From positions 37,138,001 through 37,202,000 of the forward strand of contig OX597821.1 in the NCBI GenBank assembly GCA_951406725.2: a stretch of 64,000 bases of DNA, read 5' to 3'. The stretch is from Octopus vulgaris. Its lineage: Eukaryota. The position numbers were made by a program, and so were the translations under genes. Of this stretch, positions 1 through 13,150 are shown in pieces. Below the pieces are notes generated by a model. It saw only the letters and a list, made by a program, of their open reading frames with translations. It was not told where the DNA came from and ran no database searches. Position 1 is the first letter of the stretch, and every line of letters starts with the position of its first letter.

Positions 1-1052
1 ACATCACAGAAATTTTAAATAAATTTTATATTATAAAGACTTAAGATGAAAAGAGATAAAATAAATAAGAAGGAATAAATACGAAGGAATAAATACGGTT
101 GTACACATAATTATAAGTACAAACCAGTATATATGTATTTATATATTATTAAAATTAAATAAAATAAATGATAGATATGTATGTATAAAACTACCTCAGT
201 ATAAGTAAATAAGTAAAAAATAAATAGGTAACAAATTAGATGCCTTGATATTTATGTAAACATCTACACTTAAATAGGCAAATAAATAAATAAATAGAAG
301 ACTAGATGCAAAGATTGATAATATTACAATAAAATGGAAAATAAATAAAAAATAAATAAAGTGAATATATATGTTATATTGTTGAAAGTAAATATGTATG
401 GAAGGATAGTTTAAAGTACAGATCCAGAGGACTATAGATATAAACTAAATATATGAGGCTGGTAATAATTATAAAGCAAAATGCATGTAAATGAGAAAAT
501 GAAAAAAAAAAATGAAAAAAATGAAAAAGGTTTATCAGTGAATATCATAAGATACAAATTAAGGTGAGTACAAAAAGACCAAATATACAATAAAAAATAC
601 AATAAAAACCTTCCAAATAAACACATACAAAAAACCTATAATCTCAACCTAAACCCACCAAACTCACAAAAGGCTCTCATATATTACATATTATACAATA
701 TCATTACATTATCCAAAGCTAGGTATCTAACCAAGATATATATAAATATACTATGCAATATACTATGCAATATTGGAAAACTTCAAAAATCACACATTAC
801 AAGGCAAATACCAAAATGAATATGCTATTTTATGTCATATTGCATTTCTCTTAAAAAACAAACAAAAACCCACATACAAAAACAAGAAACCAATATTACT
901 AGACACATCCATTAATTATTATACAAATGTAGCTATAAAAATTATAAAATTATAAAATTTATAAATTGTATACTTTAGAATTATAGAAGACCACAGGTAT
1001 ATTTAGTTAAAGAAGGGAATTAAAAAATTAATAATAGTGGAAGTGCTAAGTT

Positions 1053-2060
1053 CTATTTGAATCTAGAAAAGGTGAACGGTAGCCTATGAATACAAAAGAA
1101 GTTTTTTTCATTAATGTTGTTAATAATTTGCCGACCCGCTTTAATAATGAAGAAAATTTCATTAATACATAGAGAGCATTTTTTATTTTTTCCATTATAC
1201 ACAGGTGCTGAAGTTAGTATTTTCCAGTTTAATCTAAAATCTAAGTTCTTACTTTTAAGTTCCCAAATGTATGCACTTAGCCCTGTAGAGTATATTCTAT
1301 TTTTATTCCTAAAAGTATATCTGTGATAATTCCATCTTTGTTTTATGCTATTCATAGTTGCCCCGATATACACCCTACTACTCAATTGTGTATCTACAGT
1401 GCATTGGTAAACTACCTCCTTCCTGAGGCATTGATTACCAAATACACATTTATTTCTATTTCTGAAATTACAAAGATTAACAGAATGAGGAAATCTAAGA
1501 TTGGACACCACCCCTATACTACTATTCATATTATAAGTGTTACAATTGTTATCATCATCCAAACCCAAAATCAACGAATGAGTTAATTTCACATTATCGG
1601 CTATATTCCTATCACTAGTACTAGTATTGGTAGTAGTAGTATGATCTATTACATTTATATTATCTCTGACAGGTATGGTGCACTCATTATTAGTAAGGAG
1701 GTTGTTCCCATTTGTTCCAAGAAAGTTTCTATTCCTATTATTAATGAAGAGGGGCAAGTTTTCCTGGTCTAAATTCAATTTTCTATCCTTATAGAAGTGA
1801 TCCAGTTTCTTGTTATTAAAAGAGGAGATAATGGTGGCTAGATTATGAGTAATGCTATATCCCACTCTAACAGTACCGTTGTTAATTAAAGGACTGATTT
1901 ATTTGTATATTATATTTGAAAATTTTTTACTTATATCTCTTTATCTTTTTACTATTACTGTATATCTCATTTCATTTTATATATTGCCTTTACTCATATG
2001 TAATGGTGTATTAAAGTATGGATTGAGTATCATCGGATAGTTGATGTTTTACTGATTTAA
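1053..2060 (-). mobile_element. Penelope-like retroelement (PLE) 3' ORF fragment with GIY-YIG endonuclease
   Basis: ORF 1053-1865: VRVGYS..NLATIISSFNNKKL (post-RT region), then CNFRNRNKCVFGNQC, VVYQC..YIGAT, KQRWNYH..F, LSAYIWELK, CSLCINE..I, CIHR, matching the PLE GIY-YIG C-terminus. In-frame stops upstream of about 1890 show it is decayed. Confidence 0.85.
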
Positions 2061-2095
2061 GTATGTTTCTCCATTCTCTAATTTTGTAGTATTAT

Positions 2096-2169
<74 letters not shown>

Positions 2170-2762
2170 GTGTGTGAGTGTTTACTACCACACATATATC
2201 TATTTCTACATACATATACACATGCATATGCCTACACATACATGAAAGTCATAAATATAAGAAAAGTGAGTTAGGTGCAAAGTGGGGTCATACATAATCT
2301 CTATCATTGTTTAACGTCCGTTTCCTAAGATGACGTGTTGGGCAGTTTGAGTGGAAGCTTCTTATGTGCACATGAGTAAAATCTTAAATATTATATTGAA
2401 ATTTTAATTTTTAATTCATTATATAATTGATTTGTTCATAATTATAAAAAGTGTCTGAAATGGATGCAGTGAAATTCAGCCCATTTGTGCTATCATTTAT
2501 ACTGTACCACTTTCGGGCCCTTCCCTTCGTTGGATCTGGGACTTAAAGTGGAATGTTCACTGCATGCCTGAGTATACCTTTGTGTATGTTAACATACACA
2601 TGGGAATTTATATCGATTGGTCTGTCCATGTGAATGTAGATGTAAGTGAAAGAACAAGTCTTTCTATGCATTAGTATGTACATCAGTGTCCACATACACC
2701 GTTTATACTCCCATATATGCTGTACTGAACCGTATTGTGGTGTCCTTATTAAAATACCTTTA

Positions 2763-2975
2763 AGGCCGAGACATAGCAGAATGGTTAGCACACCGGGCAA
2801 AATACTTTGTGGTATATCGCCCATTCTGAGTTCAAATTCCACCAAGCTTGACTTTGAGTTTCGTCCTTTTGCGATCGATAAATTAAGAACCAGTTAAGTG
2901 CTGGGGGGGTCAGTGTAATTGACTTTCTCCAACCCCACAAATTTCAGGCCTTGTGCTTATAGCAGAAAGTATTAT
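2763..2975 (+). mobile_element. tRNA-derived SINE family 1, diverged copy
   Basis: B-box-like GAGTTCAAATTCC and body ..TTTCGTCCTTT..GATAAATTAAG; homologous to 18712-19110 and 40152-40380. Confidence 0.75.
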
Positions 2976-3031
2976 TAAAATACCTAGATTCTGTTGGATC
3001 CTGAAAATAATTTATAACTGTATATATCGTG

Positions 3032-3034
<3 letters not shown>

Positions 3035-3101
<67 letters not shown>
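3035..3101. repeat. (TA)n microsatellite
   Basis: Pure TA run seen directly. Confidence 0.95.
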
Positions 3102-3105
<4 letters not shown>

Positions 3106-4317
3106 CATCTAACTATTGTTAGATCTCTTTTACCATTTTACCTTCGTCTCGTCTAACGACCCTCCGTGTTTCTTTCATTCAGTTTCCTTGTATGTCTCCA
3201 CTATCCTGTTTTTGTTGCCAACTTTGACCCTCTGCAAATCCCAAATTGTATTTTGGTTTGCGAGAGCAACTGTAGTTCGAAGACTCATATTGTCGTTCAG
3301 TGCTTGAAATGAGGAGTAGAAGGACAGCCAACAGCTGATGAAGGGTCGTTTTTTATGTTACTTGTCCTGTTTTCCATTTGTTTCTCGCATTGTTTATCTA
3401 TTCAACTCTTTGTTTCTGTATTTCATGCTGTTTACTGTCTGTGACGTCCTGTACCCATATATGTATATATGTGTGTGTGGGGGGGTACATATATGTATAT
3501 ATACACAGCATCTAACTATTGGTAGATCTGTTGGTATTGTCAAATGTGGCAACTCTCTGTTCCCTTTATGAATAAAGGTCACTTACTAACAGATTTCTGT
3601 TGTATTGTTGTAATGTCCTCTTTGGTGAGAAGAACTGACTCTGACAGTCAACTACCACCCCACCTTCTGGAATTGTCTATCAGACTAACAGTGTGAACAA
3701 TTTGTTAATAATTACAATGTGTTGGTGTGCTGCTGCAGCTGTGGCACTAATTCTGGCTTCCTTTACCTTCATCATTCAAAGATGCTTCTTGCTTAATTAT
3801 GGAAACATTATTGATATGTTTGGTTATGTCTGTGTGGTATTGATTTTGTTATGTTATGTTATAAGTGTTTTTGTTTTTGATATAATTTATGTTGTGTTAT
3901 ATTTATATATACAATACCCTTTCTTATGGTATGGCCACTTGGTCGCCTTTATCAAGCCAATTATATAGATAGGTTCTTGTTGGTTTGTTCTTCCTATATT
4001 TGATTTTTCTGTTGAATATATTGTGATATTTGTGATTGACAAGTAAATATTTACTCATTAATTATCAATAAGGTTTGTCCTGCTCAATATAATGACAATA
4101 TATTTAAGGGGTGTCTCAGTGTTGAAAATAAAGTAAAAACATGAAAATAGGAAATGGACTCAATTAAAGATTATGTAGGAACTCAATATTTTGTAATTGT
4201 TTTAATTACTTGATAAACAAACTATGAGTAAATTTAGATGAACTTTTGTGTAATTAGGGGCATTTATTATGAATATTTGTGTAATATTGTCATCATTTTA
4301 TATTTCATCATTTGTAG

Positions 4318-4492
4318 TGCTGCACTGCCCTCAACCTGAACAGAAAAGAAGGCTCTCTGGCATAGTGGTTGCTAGTTATCTCGTCAGCCAGACAGCTGAC
4401 ATTCACCATAAAAATTTGTTTAATAATACACCATTGGACCTTATTAAGGACCCAAATTTGAGAAAAAAATTGGAAATATTTTCACCACCACA
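4318..4492 (+). CDS. Internal exon encoding the end of an ankyrin-repeat region (Mind bomb/MIB2-like ankyrin protein)
   Basis: tttgtag acceptor and gtaagt donor. Peptide ..SGIVVASYLVSQTADIHHKNLFNNTPLDLIKDPNLRKKL fits the ankyrin consensus (L+..GAD+..+N....TPLDL). Upstream exons are probably outside the window. Confidence 0.65.
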
Positions 4493-4732
4493 GTAAGTAG
4501 ATACAAGGCCTGAACTGTTGTGGGAGTTTGCTAGTTTATTGCTTCGACCCCAATATGAACCTGCTTCTTGTTTATCGACACTAAAACGTTAAAAGTGAAT
4601 GTTAGTATTGGCAGAATTCGAACTCAGACATGGAAAAAGCCATGAATATGATATTGGCTGCACAAGATATATAGTTCTACAACGGGCACAAGGCCTTCCA
4701 CTGTTGTTGACATGTAATTTAAGGAAAAAATT

Positions 4733-4915
4733 AGGAGATTTAGCTGCTGTTTCTAGCACATGGAATGATCACATGCTACCTTCCACGTTTTTGTCTACAT
4801 ATTGTTAAAAAAATATTTGAAATATTTAGCTGTTGTTTCTAGCACATGGCATGACTACCTGCTACCACCCACATTTTTATCTACATATAGTTACAGAAAA
4901 TACATAGGAGATTTA
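4733..4915. repeat. Local tandem duplication of about 90 bp
   Basis: ATTTAGCTG(C/T)TGTTTCTAGCACATGG...TCTACATA occurs twice, and a third AGGAGATTTAG start follows. Confidence 0.8.
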
Positions 4916-5877
4916 GGAGTACGCAGATACATATTTAAATATGCATATATGTATATGCGAATGTTTGCAGACAGTGCATGAGAGTGTATAAATGTTTATG
5001 GATATGTGCGTGTGTGTGTGTATAAATGTTGGTATAGTTTTCCCATGCCTGTGCTGGTTTAGTAGAAATGTAACGATATAGAAGTTTCAGTGGCAAGATA
5101 ATTTGTTTACGAAATATACGGTGTTATTTTAATCATGTATCTTATGATAATAACGTACTTCGACTAGGTACAGTTGTTTGTGTGCTTGCATGTATGCATT
5201 TTTATGGATATATGTGAGTAGATCTGTATGTAAACGTGTGTGTGTGTGTGTGTGTGGACTGGTATCTCTTATGTTGTGATTTGTCTGTGTATGTGAGTGT
5301 GGGCACACGTTTGCAAGTGTACGTGTGTAGATGTTTCTCAACAAACCAACCGTAAAGAAGACAATTGTAATTTAAATTTAAATGTACAAGCCAATCATAT
5401 TTTAGCACTAGATTCGTAACTATTTCTGAACGTAATACTGTATTTGTGTCACAATTGAAATTATAAATTTGCACTCGTTTGTACATCTATGCACTAGTGG
5501 ATCTTAATATCATGTAAACCGAATGCTTTTATTTCTTATTTTGTATGTATATACAGATATTTAATGCTTTGCATGGTACTGTAGTACTATTGTGGTCCTT
5601 AGTTTTGCTATTATATCGCTAATAATGGGATCTATATATTGTTTTGCTAGTATTGGTGTTATTAATAATAAGAATAATGATATTAGTAGCATTAGTGGTA
5701 ATGGTAATGATGTTAACATTAATGACATTTTGTAAATTAATATAAAATAATATAATGTACTATTGACTCTGTGTATCTGCATTTGGGTATTAATATGTGT
5801 ATGTTTTCTACATTGTAATATCACAATATTAAGTTGAAAAACTGTAACATTGAATATGGAACATATGTATGTTTGTT

Positions 5878-6065
5878 CATCATCATCATCATCATCATCG
5901 TTTAACGTCCGCTTTCCATGCTAGCATGGGTTGGACGGTTCAACTGGGGTCTGGGAAGCCCGAAGGCTGCACCAGGCCAGTCAGATGTGGCAGTGTTTCT
6001 ACAGCTGGATGCCCTTCCTAACGCCAACCACTCTGAGAGTGTAGTGGGTGATTTTATGTGCCACC
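5878..6065 (-). mobile_element. SINE family 3 (RTE-like 3' end with (ATG)n tail)
   Basis: (CAT)n CGTTTAACGTCCGCTTTCCATGCTAGCATGGGTTGGACGG, shared with 24571, 49130, 55630, 57090-57455 and 62870-63095. Confidence 0.8.
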
Positions 6066-6409
6066 TGTTGATTTATATTATTTATATGTGTATATGTATA
6101 GGAGTATGAGTATATGCACTCATATGTATATGTATATGATTTATTATGGGTATGTACCCACACTTATGTAAGTGTATATGTAATTTGGTTTGTATTTCAT
6201 AATCTCCGAAGAGGCCTTAGGATATTTTTGTAAATGTCTTCGCCTTACTGGCACTTGTGCCCCGTGCTAGTAGGGTGCTAAGAGCACCATCCGAGCATGA
6301 TCGTTGCCAGAGCGGCTAACTAGCTTCCGTGCCGGTGGCATGTAAGAGGCATCATTCGAGCAGGATCGTTAACAGCATCGCCGTACTGGCACCTGTGCCG
6401 TTGGCATGT

Positions 6410-6950
6410 TTAAAAAGATTCGAGTGAGATTTGTTTGAGGATCTCTTTCTCAATTTGTTTCCAGTTTGCCTTATAGAAGTTCAGGCTGGAAAGATTCTGA
6501 GAGTTTCTTGTAGGCTGCATGTCCATGCTTTCCTTTGGCTCGTACATGGTCAGCTCTACCATGTTGTGATCCGAGAGTAGTGTCGGTGTCACTTTCACAT
6601 TATGGATGAGATCCATATTATTTGTGAAGCAGAGATCCAGTATGTTACCTGCCCTGGCTGGAGTATTACTTGCTCCATGTACAGAGTGTTGATGAGGTTC
6701 AGGCCTGTCCTCGTTCGCATTGTGTCATTCCTGGGAGAGAAAGACCCTCAGGCCATCTGACATTGGGTAGATTGAAGTCTCCCATAAGAAGTACACTTAT
6801 GTGTTGTTCTAATGTGACTAGAACTTCTATTTTTATAAGGCAGTCTTCAAACTTGCCTGCATGGCTTGGGGCATCTGGAGGGCGATATGTAGCACATATA
6901 ACTACACCAAATTGCCTTATATGTACAATTAGTGTGTCACATATATGTCT
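6410..6950 (-). mobile_element. CR1/Jockey-group LINE APE endonuclease fragment
   Basis: Minus-strand motifs YRPP, GDFNLP, RAGNILDLCFTNN, LSDHNMV. Confidence 0.8.
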
Positions 6951-7419
6951 GTAAATGCTTCAATAAAAAGAGATTTAATAAAGGTGACACAGAGAAATCC
7001 TATTATTCTCCTCAGGCAAAAACTGAATTTCTTTAAGGGAATTTACCAGAAAATGAACATGCACAAGTCAAGCTGAACTGGAGGTGGCATCTCTCATTGA
7101 GACTGACATAATAATAACTGAATAGGCTCTGTAGAATTGATCGAACCTGGAGTTCATTGGAGAAGTTTGAAATGGGATTGAATTTGACTTAGAGTTATCG
7201 ACTGTTGGACAATCACTGATCATTCGATTTCCAGTGTCCTCTTGGGAACTTTGCAAGGTAGTAGATTGCACAGAGGGGCATTACTTTCATGACCCTTTGA
7301 ATATCAGATCTGAAATCTACCAGAATAAGAGATATATGGGATTCCTCTAAAGGGTCTTTGGAGTAATGTTACTCAATAGGATTTATAGTTCAGAGATCTG
7401 GGAGTCTCTCCAGGTTGAG

Positions 7420-7690
7420 CCACGTCTTCACATGTGGTACCTCGGACATGTGATCAGAATGTCGCAGGAATGAATTACAGGACAGGTTCTTAAAGTCAAT
7501 CCAATGAAACAGGATATCTAGGAGGAGGCCAAGAAAGAAATGGTTGGATGATATCCATAGTCTTAGTTCTTCACATCAAAGAATACAACCAGAACATCTA
7601 ATGCTGGATGCTTCTGATAGGACCTTATGGAGGAGGTGCCTGAGGACTCTATCCCCACAGCCCTTTCAAGAATATTGAGCAGAGGAAATG
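7420..7690 (+). mobile_element. RTE LINE 3'-end remnant
   Basis: Degenerate W.GHVIRM ... GRPRK.WLD..., DR..WRR motifs. Confidence 0.6.
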
Positions 7691-7996
7691 GATGGATCAT
7701 ATGCTTTCACTGTTGGAGGTCAATATTAATTCTTGAGGTTCTGATATACTTTTGCCTTCACAAAAACTTTCCTGCCCTCGTTTACCATATATTTTCTCAA
7801 GTGTAATTTTCTTTTAAAATCTCGTTTAATTCAAACTCTTTGTTATTTTTGTCAATAGAAAACAATGTCTTACATTTTTCATGTTTCTTAGTTATTTCTC
7901 TATTGATAAAGTTTGTTTGTTATATTTATAACAACCTTCAGTACACATGTTATTGTTAATGTTGTTGCATTTATTTCTTATTGTGTCTTTTTGCAG

Positions 7997-8196
7997 CTAT
8001 TTTTTTAGGAATTGATACAACTGAACTGAAAATTGATGATGAGTCTATTGACACTGTAAAACAAGGCAACCTGATGCTTAACGAATGGTTCAGAAATTGC
8101 GATCCAGGAACACAAATACACGCAACATTAAGTGCAGCTCTTGAAGAAGCTGAATGTTTCACTGCGATTGAATGTCTGTCACTAGATGCAAAGTGA
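7997..8196 (+). CDS. Terminal exon encoding a death-domain-like C-terminus
   Basis: tttttgcag acceptor. Peptide IFLGIDTTELK...QGNLMLNEW..........LSAALEEAE ends in TGA and fits death-domain helices 2-6. Confidence 0.6.
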
Positions 8197-11100
8197 TTTT
8201 CTGTGTAACTGTTGTTGTTTAGCCTCATATTAACCTTCGTCAAACAGAGACTTATAATCAAATGCATTCCAGCCAGGACCATCATGCCTATTTCCAAAGA
8301 GAACCCAGAACTACATTGTCCAATATGCCCTTCTGTACAGTGATATCGTGTGAATTTAGCTACTAATTCCAGCAGGTATATCAACCATATAGTGATCCCT
8401 TCACTGGTTTGGCTCCTTTGTTTAAAAATTCACATTTAAAATAAAGACAAACTTTGAAATGTCCATTTATTGTTGTTGCTGTTATTGTATATCTAATCTC
8501 CTCCCTAAACAACCCCATTGTTATTTAGACAGCTTTGATATCTTCTGCTATATTGATAGTTATCTACCTTCATTTTTAGCTGAGAGTAGAATGCCTGGTA
8601 TATATATTGATATCTTTTCCCTTTATATATCCTATAGAGATAATATTTCTATATAGTATATGATGTATCTAAGGATATCTCACTTTGTCCTGTTGTGGTT
8701 TAAGACAGGCCTCTCCAAAGTGGCATTAGTTGAATAAAAATTCAGTGGGTTTGGGGTGCAATATACAATATTTTAATTTTATATTCTTACTTTATGACCT
8801 TCGTTATTTACTAATTACTGCAATTTTTGTCAGTAAAAATAAAACTTCATGATTATACATATGAAAATTAATCAACAAATTATAATTAAACAATAGCTGT
8901 GCTGAAAAATCCTGAGATAATAAAATAATGACACAATATTTGTGTGATTTAATGGCATGTGATTGTGGAAAAGCCACGGTGTCTCCCTCTTTTTAAGTAA
9001 CTTCAGATAAAGGAAGAGTACAATTTTTCCCTACAATATTTACCTTCATACTACTCTACTGTTGTTAATAGTTATTTTTTAATTTGAAATTAATTGAAAT
9101 TAGTTCTTACAGCAGAGACCAAGATTAAATAAGTAAAACATGTGAAATCTTTGTGTCCAATATAAGATGTGACAGGAAGCTCTACCGAGCAGACTTTTGT
9201 GGAATGGGAAAGGAAGACTCATAAGTATTATCCACTTTTTATTGGATTCTTTTGTGATAGAAGTGAACAAACCTGATTGTTTTCAAATTAAATAATCAAG
9301 ATATTTAAATTAGATAAAAAAAGAAACTTTATTCAGAAATTGATAATTACTATTAAAGCAAAACAAGGTATATTTTTCTGAGAAAAATCCAGTGGGTAAA
9401 GTTCCATCTTTTTCAGCTGTTTCTTCTTCCTACTTGTGTAGAGTCGCTGAAACTTTTCTACACCGGAGTAAGCACATAAATGTGAAACAAGGTGGAAAAA
9501 AAGAATACTCAAATACCAGAGGTAGAGTAATATGCTTTATTTTATGTATGTATATATATATATGTGTGTGTGTGTGTATATATTTATATATATATACACA
9601 TACTTATAAATTCACATTTTCAACTATTTTTGTTCTGTTTACAATTTATTTTATTTCGTCGGTTATCAATGAACCAACCGTAACTGAGACAAAGTAATTC
9701 AAGAAAATGGTTAATCAATTAGATTAATTAAATGATTAAAAATAATCCCTCCCCACTTCCCGCAAGATTTAAACTACTGCAATAATAAACAACAGAAGAA
9801 AGTATACCACGTTTTTCTCTATATCATCATCATCATCATCATATAAATATAAATTAGTCTGCAAATTATTCTACATTCCAAAACATACAATACGTATGTA
9901 CATATTAGTATGTTTAAATGGAAGAATATATATGTATATATATATATTTGTACGTATACGTGTGTGTGCAGATTAGTTTTGACAAAACTTTGATATATTG
10001 ATTGTAAAATTACTATCCTTATAACTTTCAAAAATATCTGTTTATATATTATATTCTATATACTATATTATATCTATTGATTATGGGTCTCAATGTTTTG
10101 TTCAATGCATTGACATTTTGCTTTAGTTGATGTTATTTGTAATGTGTTCAATATTGTACCGTAACTAAGGACTTCAGAGTGATTTGGAAAATAAAATGCA
10201 CACACATATACTTACATACATATACACATACATACATACGTACATAAATACATAGGTACATACATGCATAAATACATATACAGATACGTACACACATACA
10301 TATATATCATATTTTACTTGTTTACTTGTTAGAATTTGGGATTAGCGTTGACCTTTAGGGTCCCACAAACGAGTGCATTATCTGGGATTAATTAATTAAT
10401 GAAATAGTTTTGTATATACTTTCCTAGATGTTTTTCTGCAATGAGTAAATAACACAATCAGATTCAGCGAGAGAAATTGCAGCAATATAGTTATTTTGAA
10501 AAAGACAATTAATGTAATTTATTGTAGTGAAAATTGAAAAACGAATGTTCAGAATGTAGTTACATAGAGTTTGTAGGAGCATTAAGCAGATGACAGCTTC
10601 GTTTGTTACTGTGGAAACAGTTACGAATGTGTTGGTGGCTAACGATTGGTGAAAATTTCCCTGAATTTGCGAAGTTCGAAAGCTACTTATTTTATAATCA
10701 TTAACTTCTGGCAAAAAAAGATTTCTATTCCCATAAATAGCATACAAAACTGCAAAGATATACGAACTTTGAAATTAATTGGAACAAAATTATCGAAATT
10801 GAAAAACGAAGGCCAAACAGTGTGTGTGTGTGTGCTGGTGTGCATGATTAGGAAGGAACCATGGAAACATGTCAACAATTTCAACGGATGGGATGCAAAA
10901 GGCATTTCGTGAGCGAGGTAGTGAGAATGTCTATCTGCGAGAAATTTTTCTAGATTATAGGAATGGAGTCAAAATAATAACTATGTTATAATTTAATGTA
11001 ATGCTATGAAGAGTTGTGATATTGTAAAAACATTTACTATCAAAACATATGACTACTACACATTGTAATCCTCTCATAATTACATAAATATCATGTTTTT

Positions 11101-11954
11101 TTTAACTCATGTCTGTTTTCAAATACTAATGAACAGTAAATACGAAATAAGTATATTTTCTAACATTCGTTTGTGGTTCTCCAAAATACATACTTATAAA
11201 CTGTACAGTTTGTGTATAACAGAGTATTACTTTACTATAAGAGCAAAGAAATCTGAGGTGCATTCGATTCAAGTTCTCTTTACACTTCAAGACAATAGGA
11301 GTAATTACTATTACATTGATAGAGCGCTAATTTACTTTGAGTTAAGTCAATGTTCGACTTAACCTATTTCAAGTTAATCGTAGCTTTTAACATGGAAAAC
11401 TGTGTACATATATATCTATACATGCATAAATACATATATAAATTCATACATACACACATATATGTGTGTATATACATATATATATGTATGTGTGTGTGTA
11501 TTTAAAGAAAGGTGCATGAACTAGTTGTACTTTGTTAGACTTTATGTTCGGAGTTTCATTTCTGTCAGAGTCGACTTCACTTTCACACCCTTGGATCCAT
11601 ACATTATGCCTGACACATTTACGATATTTAAAGGCAAAAATCTCACTTAAAAATACAATACCTATTCTAAGGGAAGTAACTCAAACAACTAACATTTGGA
11701 AACGTGCAAAGACTTCTTTTCAAATTACCTCCTAAGGGATGTAGGCAAGCGTTTAAATATAATCTCTCTTTGAAAACGATGGGCATAATTATAAACTTCT
11801 TTATACCCAATTTATGCGGAATGGTACGGCACAGGAAGGACTAAATGGGTTAAGAATCTGCCCCTTTCTGATGGATACATTGAATCGTTTCCTTTCTAAA
11901 CAGAACATAATAGTATAGGTTGTTTTCCCTTTTTCCAATCGATGTTAATACAAA

Positions 11955-13150
11955 TCAGATACCATCGTTTACGTTAACGCTGGTCCAGGCCCTGTTTCGA
12001 TAGACTTCGTCCAGCCATGCACGACTGGCATCCAGTGTCTGCCATAGCGTTGTGACGGAGAGCTTCGGCCGGTCGTGAAAGGGAAATGGCGAAACCCGAT
12101 TCCTTCGTGGCACATGCGTCAGCATGAATGAATGTAGTGACAAAGGGATGGGATCGGAAGAGAATTTTATCCAGGAATCGCAGGGTTCGTAATACACATG
12201 ATGTCAAGAATTGTTGGTAGGGTAGAGGATTCGTTAGGGAGGTCGACCACATGCTGTTGAATATTGCAGATGCGTGGTCTTCCGTGTCAGCTGCGTTGGT
12301 TGGAACTTGCTGATGAGGACAGCGTTATCGGTGGAAGACATTCTCATAGTGATACAGGATGCCACACGTAGCCTATTTGTGGCTGTAGACGGAACATTTA
12401 TTCATGCGTTCCTGTACATGACGTCTGTAATCGTGTTTTCTGCAGTGACATTAGGGATTTGCGGTGGGTGTATCATGGGTTTGTCGGATTTATTGACCAA
12501 ACGCTGCACCTGGTGCGTATATGAACTGGAGGCCGCGGTGATTGAGGAAGTGCCCATGATGTGGCTGACTGAGCCTTTTGCACTTTTTTCTCGACCTACT
12601 TCGGGGCTTCTTCCAAGGTCATCTCTTACTTGGAGTCACCCATGGTGTCAAGGCGGATTTCCTCGTCCTCCAACACACGTACAAGAGCATCGTGAACTAT
12701 GACGTCACTATTATCAATCGTGGCATGCAAGGCCTCCCAGCGGCATTCAACTTCAAAGTTACAGACACATGACTGCCATCCAAGACATGCAGCAAATGTC
12801 CTAACAGGTTCGTTCCGATCCAGGCGCATTTGCCATACCTGCACACAACGCCCATCACATTTTCTTGGCGGACAGCCATGGACTGAATGTGAGTGAGGAC
12901 TGTTCCCTCATCGCTAGAGGCCAGTGCACCGAACGTCCATGTGAGATCTTTTCTGAAGGTCTCATTGCAGCATTCGAGAAACTGGAAGACTACGTCGTTA
13001 CACCTAAGTCCAATGGCTTGTTTGTAGTCTGAACATCTCAGCTCAAAGTAAGTTCACTACTCGTTACTTCCAGCTGCGATGGTCATACTCGGGTGAGACT
13101 TTGATTGGAACGGCCTGTTGCCAGGCAGTCCGATGGGCAGTGACATCTAT
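11955..13150 (-). mobile_element. Ty3/Gypsy-like LTR retrotransposon gag-protease remnant
   Basis: Frameshifted gag pieces (MRLDRNEPVRTFAA..VCNFEVEC, DVIVHDALVRVLEDEEIRLD) and an aspartic protease motif AMADTGCQSCMAG. Confidence 0.75.

Noticed and set aside
3300-3360. CTGATGA near GAAA as another hammerhead
   Set aside because: No consistent stems I-III could be built. The same holds for similar partial cores at about 6205, 56428 and 63965.
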